A stretch of DNA of 64,000 bases from Candidatus Thorarchaeota archaeon (GCA_046482545.1 JAWOEX010000022.1:62613-126612), one strand, 5' to 3'; shown: positions 1 to 10,849, numbered from the stretch's first letter. Translations and numbers: made by a program. The notes: generated from the letters alone by a model not told the origin.

Positions 1-1044
1 TGTACGGAGTGCTACAATGAAGAGCACCCGCTTATCAGGGTAGACACCCCTCTTCGAATGCTCATCTGTGACAGGTGTGGCGCTGTTAAGATGCAGGGTC
101 GTTGGAAACAAATCACAGAGCGCATCTCGAGTCCTGAGGAGCTCATTGCTATCCAACTAGAAATCCTTCTTGACAAGGAAGTAGAAATGGTAGCCGAAGA
201 TGTGACCTATTCAGTGATACAGAAGAAGAGGCTGGATCGAGTTGTGTATATCGATATTATAGCTCACGGGTGTTCACATCCTGAACTCACTCCCCACACA
301 GAAACGCATGAGGTCGAAGTTCGACTTGATTATGGGACATGTGACAGTTGTGGAATGATGAGGGGTGGTTATCATGAGGCAATACTACAAATCCGCGCAG
401 ACGATCGAAAGCTAACTAAAGCTGAGGAAGATGAGATTCTCGAGACTGCGACAGACCTCACAATTGGGGAGTATGGCAAAGATAGTATGGCATACATAAC
501 CGAAATCAGGCGAACCAAATATGGCATTGATATCAAGATTGGTTCAGAACATCTTTGTCGGATGATATCCGATGATTTGGAATCACGCTATTTGGCTGAT
601 CGCAAGCAGACGTACAAACTGATTGGTCAGGAATCTGATGGCAAGGAGAAGTACCGAACAACCATACTACTGAGATTACCACACTTCAAGGAGGGCGATT
701 TTGTAGAGGTTGCTGGTACTCCCTGTCAAGTTCGTGCTATGGGAAAAGGGGGTCTCGTTTGTTATGATTTTGTAGACGGTAGTGAGTTCACGGTATCACC
801 ACGTAGCAACAAATGGCAAGAAATTGAATTCCTAGCGTCAGAATCTAAAAAACAAGAGTATATGGTTATCTCCAAGGCTTATGGAGAGCCCATTCAACTG
901 ATGAATTCAGGAACCTACAAGGTGGAAAATCTGCCCGAGAGCTCTTTGACTTCTAATCTGGAGAATGGGGACAAGATAATGGCTGTCAAGCTACAGGGTA
1001 AGCTCTTTTATATTCCCTCTCCAGCTGCCTGTTCTGTAAAATAA
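1..1044 (+). CDS. nmd3: NMD3-family ribosome export/biogenesis protein (5' truncated by window edge)
   Basis: Frame is open from base 1 (CTEC...), with CxxC pairs (CDRC, CDSC) and the GYHEAILQIR motif; lies upstream of aIF-1A. Confidence 0.85.
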   Translation, partial: CTECYNEEHPLIRVDTPLRMLICDRCGAVKMQGRWKQITERISSPEELIAIQLEILLDKEVEMVAEDVTYSVIQKKRLDRVVYIDIIAHGCSHPELTPHTETHEVEVRLDYGTCDSCGMMRGGYHEAILQIRADDRKLTKAEEDEILETATDLTIGEYGKDSMAYITEIRRTKYGIDIKIGSEHLCRMISDDLESRYLADRKQTYKLIGQESDGKEKYRTTILLRLPHFKEGDFVEVAGTPCQVRAMGKGGLVCYDFVDGSEFTVSPRSNKWQEIEFLASESKKQEYMVISKAYGEPIQLMNSGTYKVENLPESSLTSNLENGDKIMAVKLQGKLFYIPSPAACSVK

Positions 1045-1291
1045 ATCAAATCTCAAGCGAGTTTTGTTGGAGAAAGTGTGCAAATCTCAACATAAGACCA
1101 CCAATACCACCTTATCTTATCACTAGTGGCAATGTTTCTGAGATGATTATATGGCTTATTTTATAGAGCCTGAGATGCCAGACCGTGAATGTTGGGCTCA
1201 TTCTCTTGGAGATGTCGTTAGCCTTAAATGTCCTCTACAGAAGCTCCTTGCAAGGTCAAATAGTGTTCTAGATGGCCTTGGAGATGTCGTT

Positions 1292-1609
1292 TTGGCCCGC
1301 GGAAAAAAATCAAATGATGACGAGCAACCGATGCGTGTCCGTGTTCCCGACAGTGATGAAGGCGAGCAATTTGGAATAATAGTTCAGATGTTGGGACATG
1401 ATCGTGTCAGAGTTAGATGTGAAGATGGCCAGATGCGCGTGGGGCGGATTCCCGGTCGCATGAAGAAGAGAATCTGGATGCGGGTTGGAGATACTGTCCT
1501 GATTGTACCTTGGGCTTTTCAAAGCGATGAGAAATGTGATGTTATCTGGCGGTACAGGGGTAACGAGGTCGATTGGTTGGAACGGAAAGGCATATTGGAA
1601 ATGTTCTAG
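1292..1609 (+). CDS. eif1a: Translation initiation factor aIF-1A
   Basis: [32 protein letters not shown] motifs; likely TTG start at 1292 after GGAG, shorter than the ORF-track call. Confidence 0.92.
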   Translation: MARGKKSNDDEQPMRVRVPDSDEGEQFGIIVQMLGHDRVRVRCEDGQMRVGRIPGRMKKRIWMRVGDTVLIVPWAFQSDEKCDVIWRYRGNEVDWLERKGILEMF

Positions 1610-1680
1610 AACAGGCCAAATTCTGATTTTATCTTTTTTTGTCTTTCAAGGGCCAAAGATAGGGTTAAGGTGGGATTGAT

Positions 1681-2484
1681 ATGGCACGACGAGAAGAAGA
1701 GTATGATGATATCCTTTCACGATTTGAGAAAGCAGAAGAAGATGAGGATAAGAAGAAGAGAAAGGACTCTGACGAACTGAAAGTTGTTGAGGGCGTAATC
1801 GACCCGCCAACCCTTAAGATATTGTACAATCTTCTCAATCGTGGCATCATTGACTCTGTACATGGTATTATCAGCGCTGGTAAGGAAGCAAACGTCTATC
1901 GTGGACAGAAACTAGATGATACATATGTTGCAATCAAAATCTATCGTATGACCACAGCACAGAAAGAGTACATGCAGAATTACATCGTTGGTGATCCTCG
2001 TTTCAAGCGGGTTGGAACTGGTGCAAGGTCTTTGATTCCTCAGTGGGCTAACAAGGAGTACAAGAATCTACAGCGGTTTCATGAATCAGGAGTGAGAGTG
2101 CCTGAGCCAATTGCCGTAAAACGTAATGTGTTGGTGATGGAATTCATCGGGGATGATGAAGAGGGTCTGCAAGCTCCCCTTCTCAAGGATATTGAGGTTC
2201 CTGAACCCGAAGAAGTATTCAATGAAGTCATGGATATGATTCTTTGTGGATATCGGGATGCGGACCTAGTTCATGCAGATTTAAGTGAGTTCAATATCAT
2301 GTGGTATGGTGGACCTGTTCTCATTGATGTATCACAAGCAGTTCTGACAGCTCACCCGCGCGCATCTGAGTTCCTCTTTCGCGATATTCAAAACATCACC
2401 CGATACTTTAACCGTCTAGATGTACAAACAGAAAGCCCGGCAAGAATGACTGAAGAAATTCTATCCTCCGTAGGTGAAAATTAG
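1681..2484 (+). CDS. rio1: RIO1 atypical Ser/Thr kinase
   Basis: ISAGKEANVY, AIKIY, VHADLSEFN, IDVSQ motifs. Confidence 0.95.
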   Translation: MARREEEYDDILSRFEKAEEDEDKKKRKDSDELKVVEGVIDPPTLKILYNLLNRGIIDSVHGIISAGKEANVYRGQKLDDTYVAIKIYRMTTAQKEYMQNYIVGDPRFKRVGTGARSLIPQWANKEYKNLQRFHESGVRVPEPIAVKRNVLVMEFIGDDEEGLQAPLLKDIEVPEPEEVFNEVMDMILCGYRDADLVHADLSEFNIMWYGGPVLIDVSQAVLTAHPRASEFLFRDIQNITRYFNRLDVQTESPARMTEEILSSVGEN

Positions 2485-3052
2485 CATGTTGTTTCAAGAG
2501 ACAATAAAGGTACCACGCGACCGAATCGGCGTGATTGTGGGTCGCGATGGAAAAATCAAGAAGCGACTGGAAGATATGACGAACGTGGATGTAGAAATCT
2601 CTGATGAAGGAGTAGTCAAACTTACCGGTCATGAAGATTCACAGAATCCTGTACTCGCCTGGAAGGCTCGGAATATTATTCGTGCCATGGCCAGGGGTTT
2701 CAGTCCAGAGAATGCATTCACCCTTATGGATGATGACGCCAGGCTCGTGATAATCTCACTGCGAGACATTGTCGGCTCTTCTCCTCGTCAAATCAGAAGA
2801 GTTGCTGGGAGGATAATTGGTGAAGATGGCAAGACACGCAAAATAATTGAGCAGACGACTGAGACTATAGTCTCAGTCTATGGTTACACCGTTTCAATTA
2901 TCGGCTACTATCCTGGTCTTGATTATGCTCGTAAAGCTATTAATCTGCTGATTTCTGGTGCTCCTCACAGTAGCGTCTATTCTAGATTAGAAAGTATGCG
3001 TCGCGATTTGAATCGCTATAAAGCACAGATTTGGGAAGAAAGCGACTTCTAA
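2474..3052 (+). CDS. KH-domain pre-rRNA processing protein (Pno1/Dim2)
   Basis: Two KH GxxG motifs (RIGVIVGRDG, GRIIGEDG), RGFSPENA, GAPHSSVY; conserved position after rio1. Confidence 0.9.
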   Translation: MKISMLFQETIKVPRDRIGVIVGRDGKIKKRLEDMTNVDVEISDEGVVKLTGHEDSQNPVLAWKARNIIRAMARGFSPENAFTLMDDDARLVIISLRDIVGSSPRQIRRVAGRIIGEDGKTRKIIEQTTETIVSVYGYTVSIIGYYPGLDYARKAINLLISGAPHSSVYSRLESMRRDLNRYKAQIWEESDF

Positions 3053-3112
3053 CTTGATGGGCGTAATACTGAATACTATAATCTTGCCAGTCAAAGATTT
3101 GTTTGGCATAGA

Positions 3113-4627
3113 ATGACACAGAGTCCAAGCAGAGTATTCACCAGCATTTCGCCAGCGGAGTTCTTCTACCGAAATCGCCAGATGGCCGGTTTCGGGAATC
3201 CCACACAAGCTGTCTATTCCGCAGTGCGCGAGCTTGTTGAAAACAGTCTTGATTCTTGCGAAGATGCAGGTAGAAGACCCAAAATTAAGGTGGAAATAGA
3301 TGAATCCCCTTCGGGTGTCGTTCGTATCTCGGTTTCAGACAATGGTGAAGGCATCCCTGATGCACATGTTGCTAATTCATTTGGTCGTGTACTTTACGGC
3401 AGCAAGTATCTTTCCCGTCAAAGACGTGGTACTTTCGGACTTGGAGTGACAATGGCCGTACTCTATGGACAGATAACCACGGAGAATCCAGTTAAGATAT
3501 ACACCTGCACAGAGAGAGAGAACACAGGAAGGACCTACGAATTATTCATTGATGTTGAAAACAACAGGCCAATTATCCTATCTGTCGAGCATGTGAATCG
3601 AAACACAATCGGAACATCAGTTCGCATCACCATGAAAGGTTCCGTTTCCAGAGCCTATGATCGGATAGTTGATTATCTCAAGCTGACTTCTGTCTCTACC
3701 CCCCATTCCCAGATTAAGCTTGTACGTGGTGGGAAATTGGAGTTTTCCATTGGCCCATTGTGTGATACGCTACCTCCATCTCCCGTTCCAGTAAAACCGC
3801 ATCCACATGCTGCTGATATGGAACTGCTCCGAAGGTTGGTCAAGAAACGGTCTGAAACACCCCTTCGTCAGTTCCTTCAGAAATCCTTCCAGCAAGTTGG
3901 TCGTGTTACTTCTTCGAAAATAATCGACTTTCTTGCTATGAATCCACAGCGAGAAGTTGGCGCTCTGGATCGTTCAGAGATAAATAGGTTAAGTACGGTT
4001 CTCCAGAACTTTAAGGGGCTTGGTCGCCCAACTACTGAGTGTCTTAGCCCGATAGGGGAACATGCTTTCATGAATGCTGTATGTCAAACATATGACGCAG
4101 CTGATGTTGGTTATGCAACAAAAGGGCCATTCGAATGGAGTGGCCATCCATTCATTGTTGAGGGCGTAGTTGCTATTGGTGGAAATTTACAGAAGACCAA
4201 AACTCCCATACTACACCGTTTCACAAATCGAGTTCCTCTCCTTTATGACGCTAGTGAAGATGTAATGACCAAGGTTCTCAATGGGATCAACTGGTCCAGA
4301 TATGGTCTCACTACATCAAAAAGAGTGGGCTTGTTCATTCATTTCTGCTCAACACGGGTGCCCTACAAAGCTACTGGCAAACAGTCAGTGGCAGGTGAAG
4401 AGGATATAGAATCGCAACTTGCCTTGCTCTATAAAGAACTCGGTAGATACCTAAGACGCATGACGAAGGACAAGAGAAAACGGGCTAGAAGAATAAAGGA
4501 AGCAAAGAAGCATTCAAAATGGCTCACTCTGATTGCTGAACTTGGTACAGAACTATCTGGAGCAGATGAGGTTCCCCCAACTCGGCCTTTAGTCGAAGAT
4601 CTTTTCGAGGTGAATCTTGATGTCTAG
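3113..4627 (+). CDS. top6B: DNA topoisomerase VI subunit B
   Basis: SPAEFF, RELVENSLD, DNGEG, RGTFGLG GHKL motifs, RFTNRVPL. Confidence 0.95.
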   Translation: MTQSPSRVFTSISPAEFFYRNRQMAGFGNPTQAVYSAVRELVENSLDSCEDAGRRPKIKVEIDESPSGVVRISVSDNGEGIPDAHVANSFGRVLYGSKYLSRQRRGTFGLGVTMAVLYGQITTENPVKIYTCTERENTGRTYELFIDVENNRPIILSVEHVNRNTIGTSVRITMKGSVSRAYDRIVDYLKLTSVSTPHSQIKLVRGGKLEFSIGPLCDTLPPSPVPVKPHPHAADMELLRRLVKKRSETPLRQFLQKSFQQVGRVTSSKIIDFLAMNPQREVGALDRSEINRLSTVLQNFKGLGRPTTECLSPIGEHAFMNAVCQTYDAADVGYATKGPFEWSGHPFIVEGVVAIGGNLQKTKTPILHRFTNRVPLLYDASEDVMTKVLNGINWSRYGLTTSKRVGLFIHFCSTRVPYKATGKQSVAGEEDIESQLALLYKELGRYLRRMTKDKRKRARRIKEAKKHSKWLTLIAELGTELSGADEVPPTRPLVEDLFEVNLDV

Positions 4628-5672
4628 CTTCGATGATGCGCAAGATGCTCTGTATAATCTGGGTAAACAGATCGTGGATTCACTTAATGATGGCGACTTT
4701 CCTGCTTTGCAACTTCCCGACAGGACTACGAACAACATCCTCTTTGATGAGACAACAGGCCAATTTGTTCTTGGTGGCTCACACGTTACTAGGGACTCCA
4801 AGAATACCAAACACATCAAGAGTCTGTCTCAATTGATGTGGGTTGCTGCTTTTGCCAAGAAACTTCTAGGTGCACAAAGAACAAGTTCGCTAAGAGACCT
4901 TTACTATTCGAGTGACGGTGAGGACGTCAAATTCTCTAGTCAATCAGAATCGGATAGAATCGTTGCCGACTTGGAATCATTTACGGGGCTGGCTCGTGAG
5001 GATTTTGGTATCTTTCCGGAGGAACACTCATCGGTATATGGGCATGTAAAGATGGAATATACCGTTCCAGGCTACGAGGGGCGTGAAGTTGATCTCACCA
5101 TCAGCCCAGATGGTTTGCCCATAGGTCCCGCTCTCATGACTGCAGAACCATTACATACTGATGCAGATCTTGTTCTTGCGGTGGAATCCGGTGGTATGTT
5201 TTCCCGCCTCATTGAGACAAATGCATGGGAGAAATTCAATGCTGTTCTAGTGCAGCTCGGAGGTCAACCTCCCAGAGCCACCAGACGGCTGATGAAGAGG
5301 CTCCATGAATACCTCGATCTTCCACTGTACATATTCACTGACGGTGATCCATGGGGTCTCCATATAGCTAAGGTGATTATCTGTGGGAGTGCAAGCTCTG
5401 CCCACATCAGGGGTTTGACAATCCCAGAAGCTCACTGGATTGGTGTCACTGCTGCTGATATTGTAGACTATGAGTTGCCAACCGAACCAATGACCGATAC
5501 GGATATGAAACGCTTGGATGAGCTCAAGGGAGATATTCGCTACAAGGATCCAGAATGGCAAGCATATATCGATGACTTCAAGAAGATACGAAAGAAAGCG
5601 GAACAACAGGCTTTTAGTCGTCATGGCATGGATTATGTTGTGAATGTCTATCTTCCAAATAAGCTGGATTAG
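4617..5672 (+). CDS. top6A: DNA topoisomerase VI subunit A
   Basis: LRDLYY catalytic Tyr, TOPRIM VE and TDGDPWG, KAEQQA. Confidence 0.95.
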   Translation: MMSSFDDAQDALYNLGKQIVDSLNDGDFPALQLPDRTTNNILFDETTGQFVLGGSHVTRDSKNTKHIKSLSQLMWVAAFAKKLLGAQRTSSLRDLYYSSDGEDVKFSSQSESDRIVADLESFTGLAREDFGIFPEEHSSVYGHVKMEYTVPGYEGREVDLTISPDGLPIGPALMTAEPLHTDADLVLAVESGGMFSRLIETNAWEKFNAVLVQLGGQPPRATRRLMKRLHEYLDLPLYIFTDGDPWGLHIAKVIICGSASSAHIRGLTIPEAHWIGVTAADIVDYELPTEPMTDTDMKRLDELKGDIRYKDPEWQAYIDDFKKIRKKAEQQAFSRHGMDYVVNVYLPNKLD

Positions 5673-5683
5673 CTTATCCAGTA

Positions 5684-6709
5684 TTACACTCCAGATACAA
5701 GCAGGAGAATTACACCTCCGTAAGCGATTATTCCCTGCAACAAAATCAAAAATGTGACATTTTTCTTCTCACTAATACCGTCGAAGAAATGGGGGAGCAA
5801 CCAGTATATTGTATAAGGCCCAGCAACCGAAAGACTACCATCTTCTCTTGGTTCTGCAAATTTCTGGTATTCCATTCCCGTTCTTTTTACGTCCAATCTA
5901 TACACAAGATACAATACGAAATTCAGTAAGAAGGGCGTGTACAGGATAACTGCTAGTCGATTCATGTTCCCTATGATGAGCGACGCTGCCATGGCTGCTC
6001 CCATTGGCAGTCTTCCCACATCTCCCGGCAGAACCTTCGCTGGATACTTATTGAACGCAAAGAAGACGATAGAGGCCCCCAGAAGCGAAGCTGCGATAGT
6101 TGCTCCATCTATCTGGTGTTGACCGAGGCTTCTCTCCGTGAGGAGAGGTTTCAATACTATATACGCTAATATGGCTGATGAATTCACAATACTGAGGCCG
6201 CTCTCAAGGCCATTCATTCCGCCATACATATTCGTACTATCTATGATAAAGGTAGTCATCAATGGAACCACAACCAACGGATATGCCCACAGCAGATTAA
6301 CCTCTCCTATGAGGGGTATGGCCATCGTTGTAGTTCCCACATTTAGTGCCATGAGCGGGATAGAGGCAACTATTGGCACGATAATCTTTGTCCTATCTCT
6401 GAAATCCAAATTATCATCTAAAAGACCAACCATCCCTGCCATGAGTATTGAAACCAATGCACCAAGTATGGCGGGATTTACAGCATTGTCCAAAACAAAA
6501 GTGGAGAAACCGACTATAACCAACAAAGAGCTCACGATGGCAAATAGAAGAATAAACCCTCCGCCTTTTGGAACCTTATGCTTGCTCTTTTTATGGATAT
6601 CCTCGGCCAGACGTTTCCTATCCTCCAGCATTTCTATCGTATTTGGTAAGAACACTAGCATGATTACTATTGATATGACAAATGCCATGAGAATTATGAA
6701 CAAGTTCAT
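5684..6709 (-). CDS. UDP-GlcNAc:dolichyl-phosphate GlcNAc-1-P transferase (GPT/AglH/Alg7, MraY superfamily)
   Basis: Polytopic; DIHK, GLLDD, NMYGGMNGLE, FNKYPAKVLPGD motifs. Confidence 0.85.
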   Translation of the reverse strand: MNLFIILMAFVISIVIMLVFLPNTIEMLEDRKRLAEDIHKKSKHKVPKGGGFILLFAIVSSLLVIVGFSTFVLDNAVNPAILGALVSILMAGMVGLLDDNLDFRDRTKIIVPIVASIPLMALNVGTTTMAIPLIGEVNLLWAYPLVVVPLMTTFIIDSTNMYGGMNGLESGLSIVNSSAILAYIVLKPLLTERSLGQHQIDGATIAASLLGASIVFFAFNKYPAKVLPGDVGRLPMGAAMAASLIIGNMNRLAVILYTPFLLNFVLYLVYRLDVKRTGMEYQKFAEPREDGSLSVAGPYTIYWLLPHFFDGISEKKNVTFLILLQGIIAYGGVILLLVSGV

Positions 6710-6885
6710 ACCTCATGTCACGCTGCATTTGTAATACCTTTTAACACTTCTCTAGTAAATAAGATTGTACGGACATTGTACGTCCGAAATCTATTTTAGC
6801 GAACCAGAAGCTGAGCGAATTGTTCGTAGTGTATCCTGACTGTACACTGCACTTTCACGAACAAGCAAACCAAGGTGATTAAATC

Positions 6886-9837
6886 TTGAGCATGCTCCAT
6901 AGAAGGACGTTGACATTTGCACTACTGGTACTACTCTTTGCCAGCAGCATGGCAACAACCATGTCTTATCCCCACAACTGGGACAATTCCGCATTTGATA
7001 GTGAACCTATAGATTCTTCCTCGGTTGCGGATTCACCCCGGAACATCTCAATTCCGTATGTTGATGCCCACTATGGGTATGCAGATGGGATCATAGATCC
7101 AACAGAGTATAGCCAAAACTACACAGATCCTGCAACTGGAATCACAGTACATCTTGAGCATAATTCATCAGTTCTATATGTTGGTTTATCTGCTCCAACA
7201 ACAGGCTGGCTGGCTATCGCATGGAAAAACCAATCCTCCACATTCAGTACCGATGGTCTCAATGGCAGTGATTTGATTTATGGAGCTGCCACGGGAACTC
7301 CCCTATCTGGATATCCTCGTGTCACGCCTGATGATCCGGTCACCGTGAACTACGAACTCTATAGTCGAAACGGGAGTTTTATTGAAGAAGGCAAGGTGCC
7401 AGGGGAAAATTCGACAACCCCAATTGAGGATGAAAAGTTGCTGGAGGCCTACAAGGAGCAGATTATTGGAATGCGTATTGGTGAAGTACGTCATTTCGTG
7501 ATTCCTGCTGAAGAAGCCTACAACGATCCAAGTCACCCCATGTATGGTGAGGACTTGGAGTACATCATTACCCTAGAATCTATCGGGACTAATTCCTATA
7601 ACCCCGCAAGCGAGAGTTCCATTGCCTATAGCGATGAATATGGAATCAGTACCTTTCAGCATCTCCCTGATGCTAACCAAAGCAGGATATTGTCAGCAGA
7701 TGCTAGTCTAGTTGGCGGAACGACGCAGGTTGAATACTTCATTCAGATGAACAGCACCGATCCTTATGACATCCCTCTCTATAACACGACAGATGCAAGA
7801 TTTCCTTTTGTTCTTCTTCGTGGTTCGAATGATGATTTCGATACACTTCCGGTTCAACATACAGAATGGACAAAGCCATTCAATATGCAGATTACATCAA
7901 ATACACCTCCGGTTCTGGAGATAGTCAACCCCACACCTAATGCAGTACTTGGCTTGGTGACAACTCTGAAGCTTAACGCAACCGATGATGGGTTCGTAAG
8001 GCGTTGCTTCTACAGAGTTGATGACGGAGAATGGACAGAGTTCTACCATAATTTCAAGTCGGATCTCTGGGAATCTCAATCCGATTTATCGGACTATGAT
8101 AATGGCACGCATACTATCTGGTTCAATGCCACTGACGCCTCCAATGTAAGCAGTGTAGCATCTGTGGATGTAATCTTCTACTGGCCGCAGATACCTCTTC
8201 TTGGTATGCGGTTAAGCGTGAGACGGAGTTTTACCACCCGCGAACATCATTTGACAGAGATAGAAGACACCTATACTGTCAAGAACAATGGCTCGGCTCC
8301 CATCAGCTCGATAGAAGTTTTCTTACCAGCGACATGGGAGAGTTATTTCCTTTCAATTTCAGCATCAGACGCAAGCAAGCGCGAGATTGAAGTAATTAGA
8401 TTGCCTAATAGGGCTGACCTCATGCATTGGCGTTTGCATTTCTTTGAGCCTGTTTCTGTTGATGAGTCGTATAACTTCACATCTGTGATGCACTTCCATT
8501 CCCTTCACACACTTCTGTCCGAGGAGGGGGACATCTATGAAATCAGTTTCTTGAGATATCCAGTTGTCCCCTATGTTCTGAGAAGAGCGAGTTTAAGTGT
8601 GGAATTTAGAAGCGGCGACTCTCTAGACAGTGAGAATGTTGACGGTGCCAGTAATAACTTGGAACCAATGACTTCTGACATGTTCACTATTAATATTACA
8701 TCTCATACACCGTATCTTACAGCCGAAAGGAGAACCAGTGTAAAACTAAATTCTTGGGGGTGGTTGGTCTACTCTGAAGAAATCACCTTGCACAATATTG
8801 GAACCACGAGTGAAAACAAGGTAAGTTTCGAAGTCCCTGCCTATGCAGAAGGTATTCAGATTCACGATAAAGTTGGGATACTTGCAAAATCCCAGAGAAC
8901 CACAGACCACAAATTTAACGAGTCTGTTGAGTTTACAATCGATTTACAGGGTGATCGTTTCGGGGACGAGAAATTCAAATCCGGCTGGGACTATTCTTTC
9001 CAAATCAATTACTTCGTTCAACTAGCAAGTTATGTAAGTCCTACTGCTGGTGGAAGCCAGCTCGAACTTCCAATGGGAACTTTGACCAATATTCTTGTGT
9101 CTAAGCATACGGTAGACCTCGTTCTCTCAAATTCGGTTTCGGTAGTTGAAGCGTCAGGGAACTACAGATTCCTTTATGGCCCCTTTGATACAACCCTTCG
9201 CTATCGAATTTTCAACACAACACAGTATAATCCGCCTGAAGTAGGATTGGTCTATAACTTAGGTGTCGGGATAATATCAAGGCCTCTGGTTTTCGCTCTT
9301 ATCATCGGTTTAATCGCAACAATCTATGTCTCATACCGCAAAATAAGACCCAAAGGTGCTGCACCCATTGTTGGCAAGTCAACCGAAGAAGTTCGCAGAC
9401 AAATTGGAGCTCCACCTGAACTCCTTAGAAAGTTCGCAGATATGTATTCAAGAAAGACAGCTCTTGAAATGGATCTTGAGAAGCTCCAAGCTTCCAGAAG
9501 AAGAGGGAAAGTATCTAAGAAGGAATATATGATTCGGGAAAAGAATATCAAGTCTAAGCTTGAGGAAATAGATAATGAGCTACCCTCGGTTAAGGATGAG
9601 CTCATTTCTCATGGCTCAAAGTATCGTGATATGATTGCACAATTGGAGCTTCAGAATGAGAAGGTCGAAGGAGCCAAGGCTGGATTGCGGCAACTCCTTC
9701 TGAGGAAGAAAAAGCAGCGTATCAGCAGAGCTGCGTTCGAGAAGTCTCGGCAGGATTACTTGAAAACCATAAAAGAAGCAACGGGAGCCATCGACAGAAT
9801 TCTCCTATCAATCGAAGAAGAAGCAGGAGAACTGTAA
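6886..9837 (+). CDS. Ribophorin I (OST1)-like type I membrane protein with N-terminal DOMON-like, FKBP-type PPIase and Ig-like domains
   Basis: Signal peptide; DOMON-like GWLAIAW/GSDLIYG; FKBP-like VTVNY...IIGMRIGEVRHFVIPAEEAY; ribophorin-like RRTSVKLNSWGWLVYSEEITLHN and GWDYSFQINY; one TM then a cytoplasmic coiled coil. Confidence 0.7.
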   Translation: MSMLHRRTLTFALLVLLFASSMATTMSYPHNWDNSAFDSEPIDSSSVADSPRNISIPYVDAHYGYADGIIDPTEYSQNYTDPATGITVHLEHNSSVLYVGLSAPTTGWLAIAWKNQSSTFSTDGLNGSDLIYGAATGTPLSGYPRVTPDDPVTVNYELYSRNGSFIEEGKVPGENSTTPIEDEKLLEAYKEQIIGMRIGEVRHFVIPAEEAYNDPSHPMYGEDLEYIITLESIGTNSYNPASESSIAYSDEYGISTFQHLPDANQSRILSADASLVGGTTQVEYFIQMNSTDPYDIPLYNTTDARFPFVLLRGSNDDFDTLPVQHTEWTKPFNMQITSNTPPVLEIVNPTPNAVLGLVTTLKLNATDDGFVRRCFYRVDDGEWTEFYHNFKSDLWESQSDLSDYDNGTHTIWFNATDASNVSSVASVDVIFYWPQIPLLGMRLSVRRSFTTREHHLTEIEDTYTVKNNGSAPISSIEVFLPATWESYFLSISASDASKREIEVIRLPNRADLMHWRLHFFEPVSVDESYNFTSVMHFHSLHTLLSEEGDIYEISFLRYPVVPYVLRRASLSVEFRSGDSLDSENVDGASNNLEPMTSDMFTINITSHTPYLTAERRTSVKLNSWGWLVYSEEITLHNIGTTSENKVSFEVPAYAEGIQIHDKVGILAKSQRTTDHKFNESVEFTIDLQGDRFGDEKFKSGWDYSFQINYFVQLASYVSPTAGGSQLELPMGTLTNILVSKHTVDLVLSNSVSVVEASGNYRFLYGPFDTTLRYRIFNTTQYNPPEVGLVYNLGVGIISRPLVFALIIGLIATIYVSYRKIRPKGAAPIVGKSTEEVRRQIGAPPELLRKFADMYSRKTALEMDLEKLQASRRRGKVSKKEYMIREKNIKSKLEEIDNELPSVKDELISHGSKYRDMIAQLELQNEKVEGAKAGLRQLLLRKKKQRISRAAFEKSRQDYLKTIKEATGAIDRILLSIEEEAGEL

Positions 9838-9992
9838 CTATAGGAAACAGGCCCTGCGATAGAGATATAATCACGATGGATGTTGGTAAAGCCTCTACCT
9901 AGTTGATAGTATTTACACCAAATAAACTACATTGTGAAATGTTTAATTGGTACGCTATTGTGGGTTGATGCCCCTCCTTCAGGTGGCCATCG

Positions 9993-10847
9993 ATGAACAA
10001 TGAAACATTGCTAGATCGTGATGCTATTTCAGCGGGTGACCTTGTGTCTTCGGGCACAAAGGCCTATGAGATGTATAATTATCTACAGACCTCGCCCAAA
10101 ATACAATCTTATCTACGTGCCGCCAATCGAATGGCGGTATCCCGTTTAGGATACACCGACCATGGACCAGTACATGCAGAAGTAGCAACATGGAACGCTC
10201 TTCGCGCCTTTGATATTCTTGACGATACTTTCAAGCCAAACATTGTTGCTGAGGATTTGGGCAATACAGACGATGCACGAATGATTGTTCTTGCATCCAC
10301 TTATCTACATGATATTGGTATGGTTGTCCACCGCCAAGAACATGCGATTTCCGCCATGCAGATTGCTAGCCCTATTTTGGAATCCAAGTTGGATGAGATG
10401 TATGGTAATCCTGCTAAGGCTGCCGATATTCTCAGTTTCATTCTGCACGGGATATATGCACATGATGATGACACTCAATGTCTCACTCTCGAGGCTGGTG
10501 TCACGAAAATTGGTGATGGCTGCGATATGACCAAGGGCAGAACCATAGTCCCTTTCCAGAAGGGAAAAGTGGATATACACAGTGTCAGTGCACTTGCCAT
10601 CACTGATGTTCTTCTTGACCGGGGAGAGGATAGGCCTTTACTGATTACGGTTCATATGGACAATCCCGCAGGGGTATTTCAAGTCCAAACTATTCTTGAG
10701 AAGAAATTAGGTACATCTGGCCTGCAGAACCAAGTTTCAATCGACGTAGTAGTGAATGGAGACCGATTGGTTCTCACAGAAGTGAAACGCCTTTTCAAAG
10801 TACAGATGAAAGAACCTACGGATCTAAGTGTCCATCAAAAAGATTAA
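9993..10847 (+). CDS. HD-superfamily phosphohydrolase
   Basis: YTDHGPVHA, YLHDIG, AHD, GDGCDMTKGR. Confidence 0.88.
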   Translation: MNNETLLDRDAISAGDLVSSGTKAYEMYNYLQTSPKIQSYLRAANRMAVSRLGYTDHGPVHAEVATWNALRAFDILDDTFKPNIVAEDLGNTDDARMIVLASTYLHDIGMVVHRQEHAISAMQIASPILESKLDEMYGNPAKAADILSFILHGIYAHDDDTQCLTLEAGVTKIGDGCDMTKGRTIVPFQKGKVDIHSVSALAITDVLLDRGEDRPLLITVHMDNPAGVFQVQTILEKKLGTSGLQNQVSIDVVVNGDRLVLTEVKRLFKVQMKEPTDLSVHQKD

Positions 10848-10849
10848 GG

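Noticed and set aside
1151-1291. N-terminal extension of aIF-1A and 15-bp direct repeat CTTGGAGATGTCGTT (1205, 1277)
   Set aside because: The better start is TTG at 1292; the repeat contains the SD and has only two copies, with no further support.
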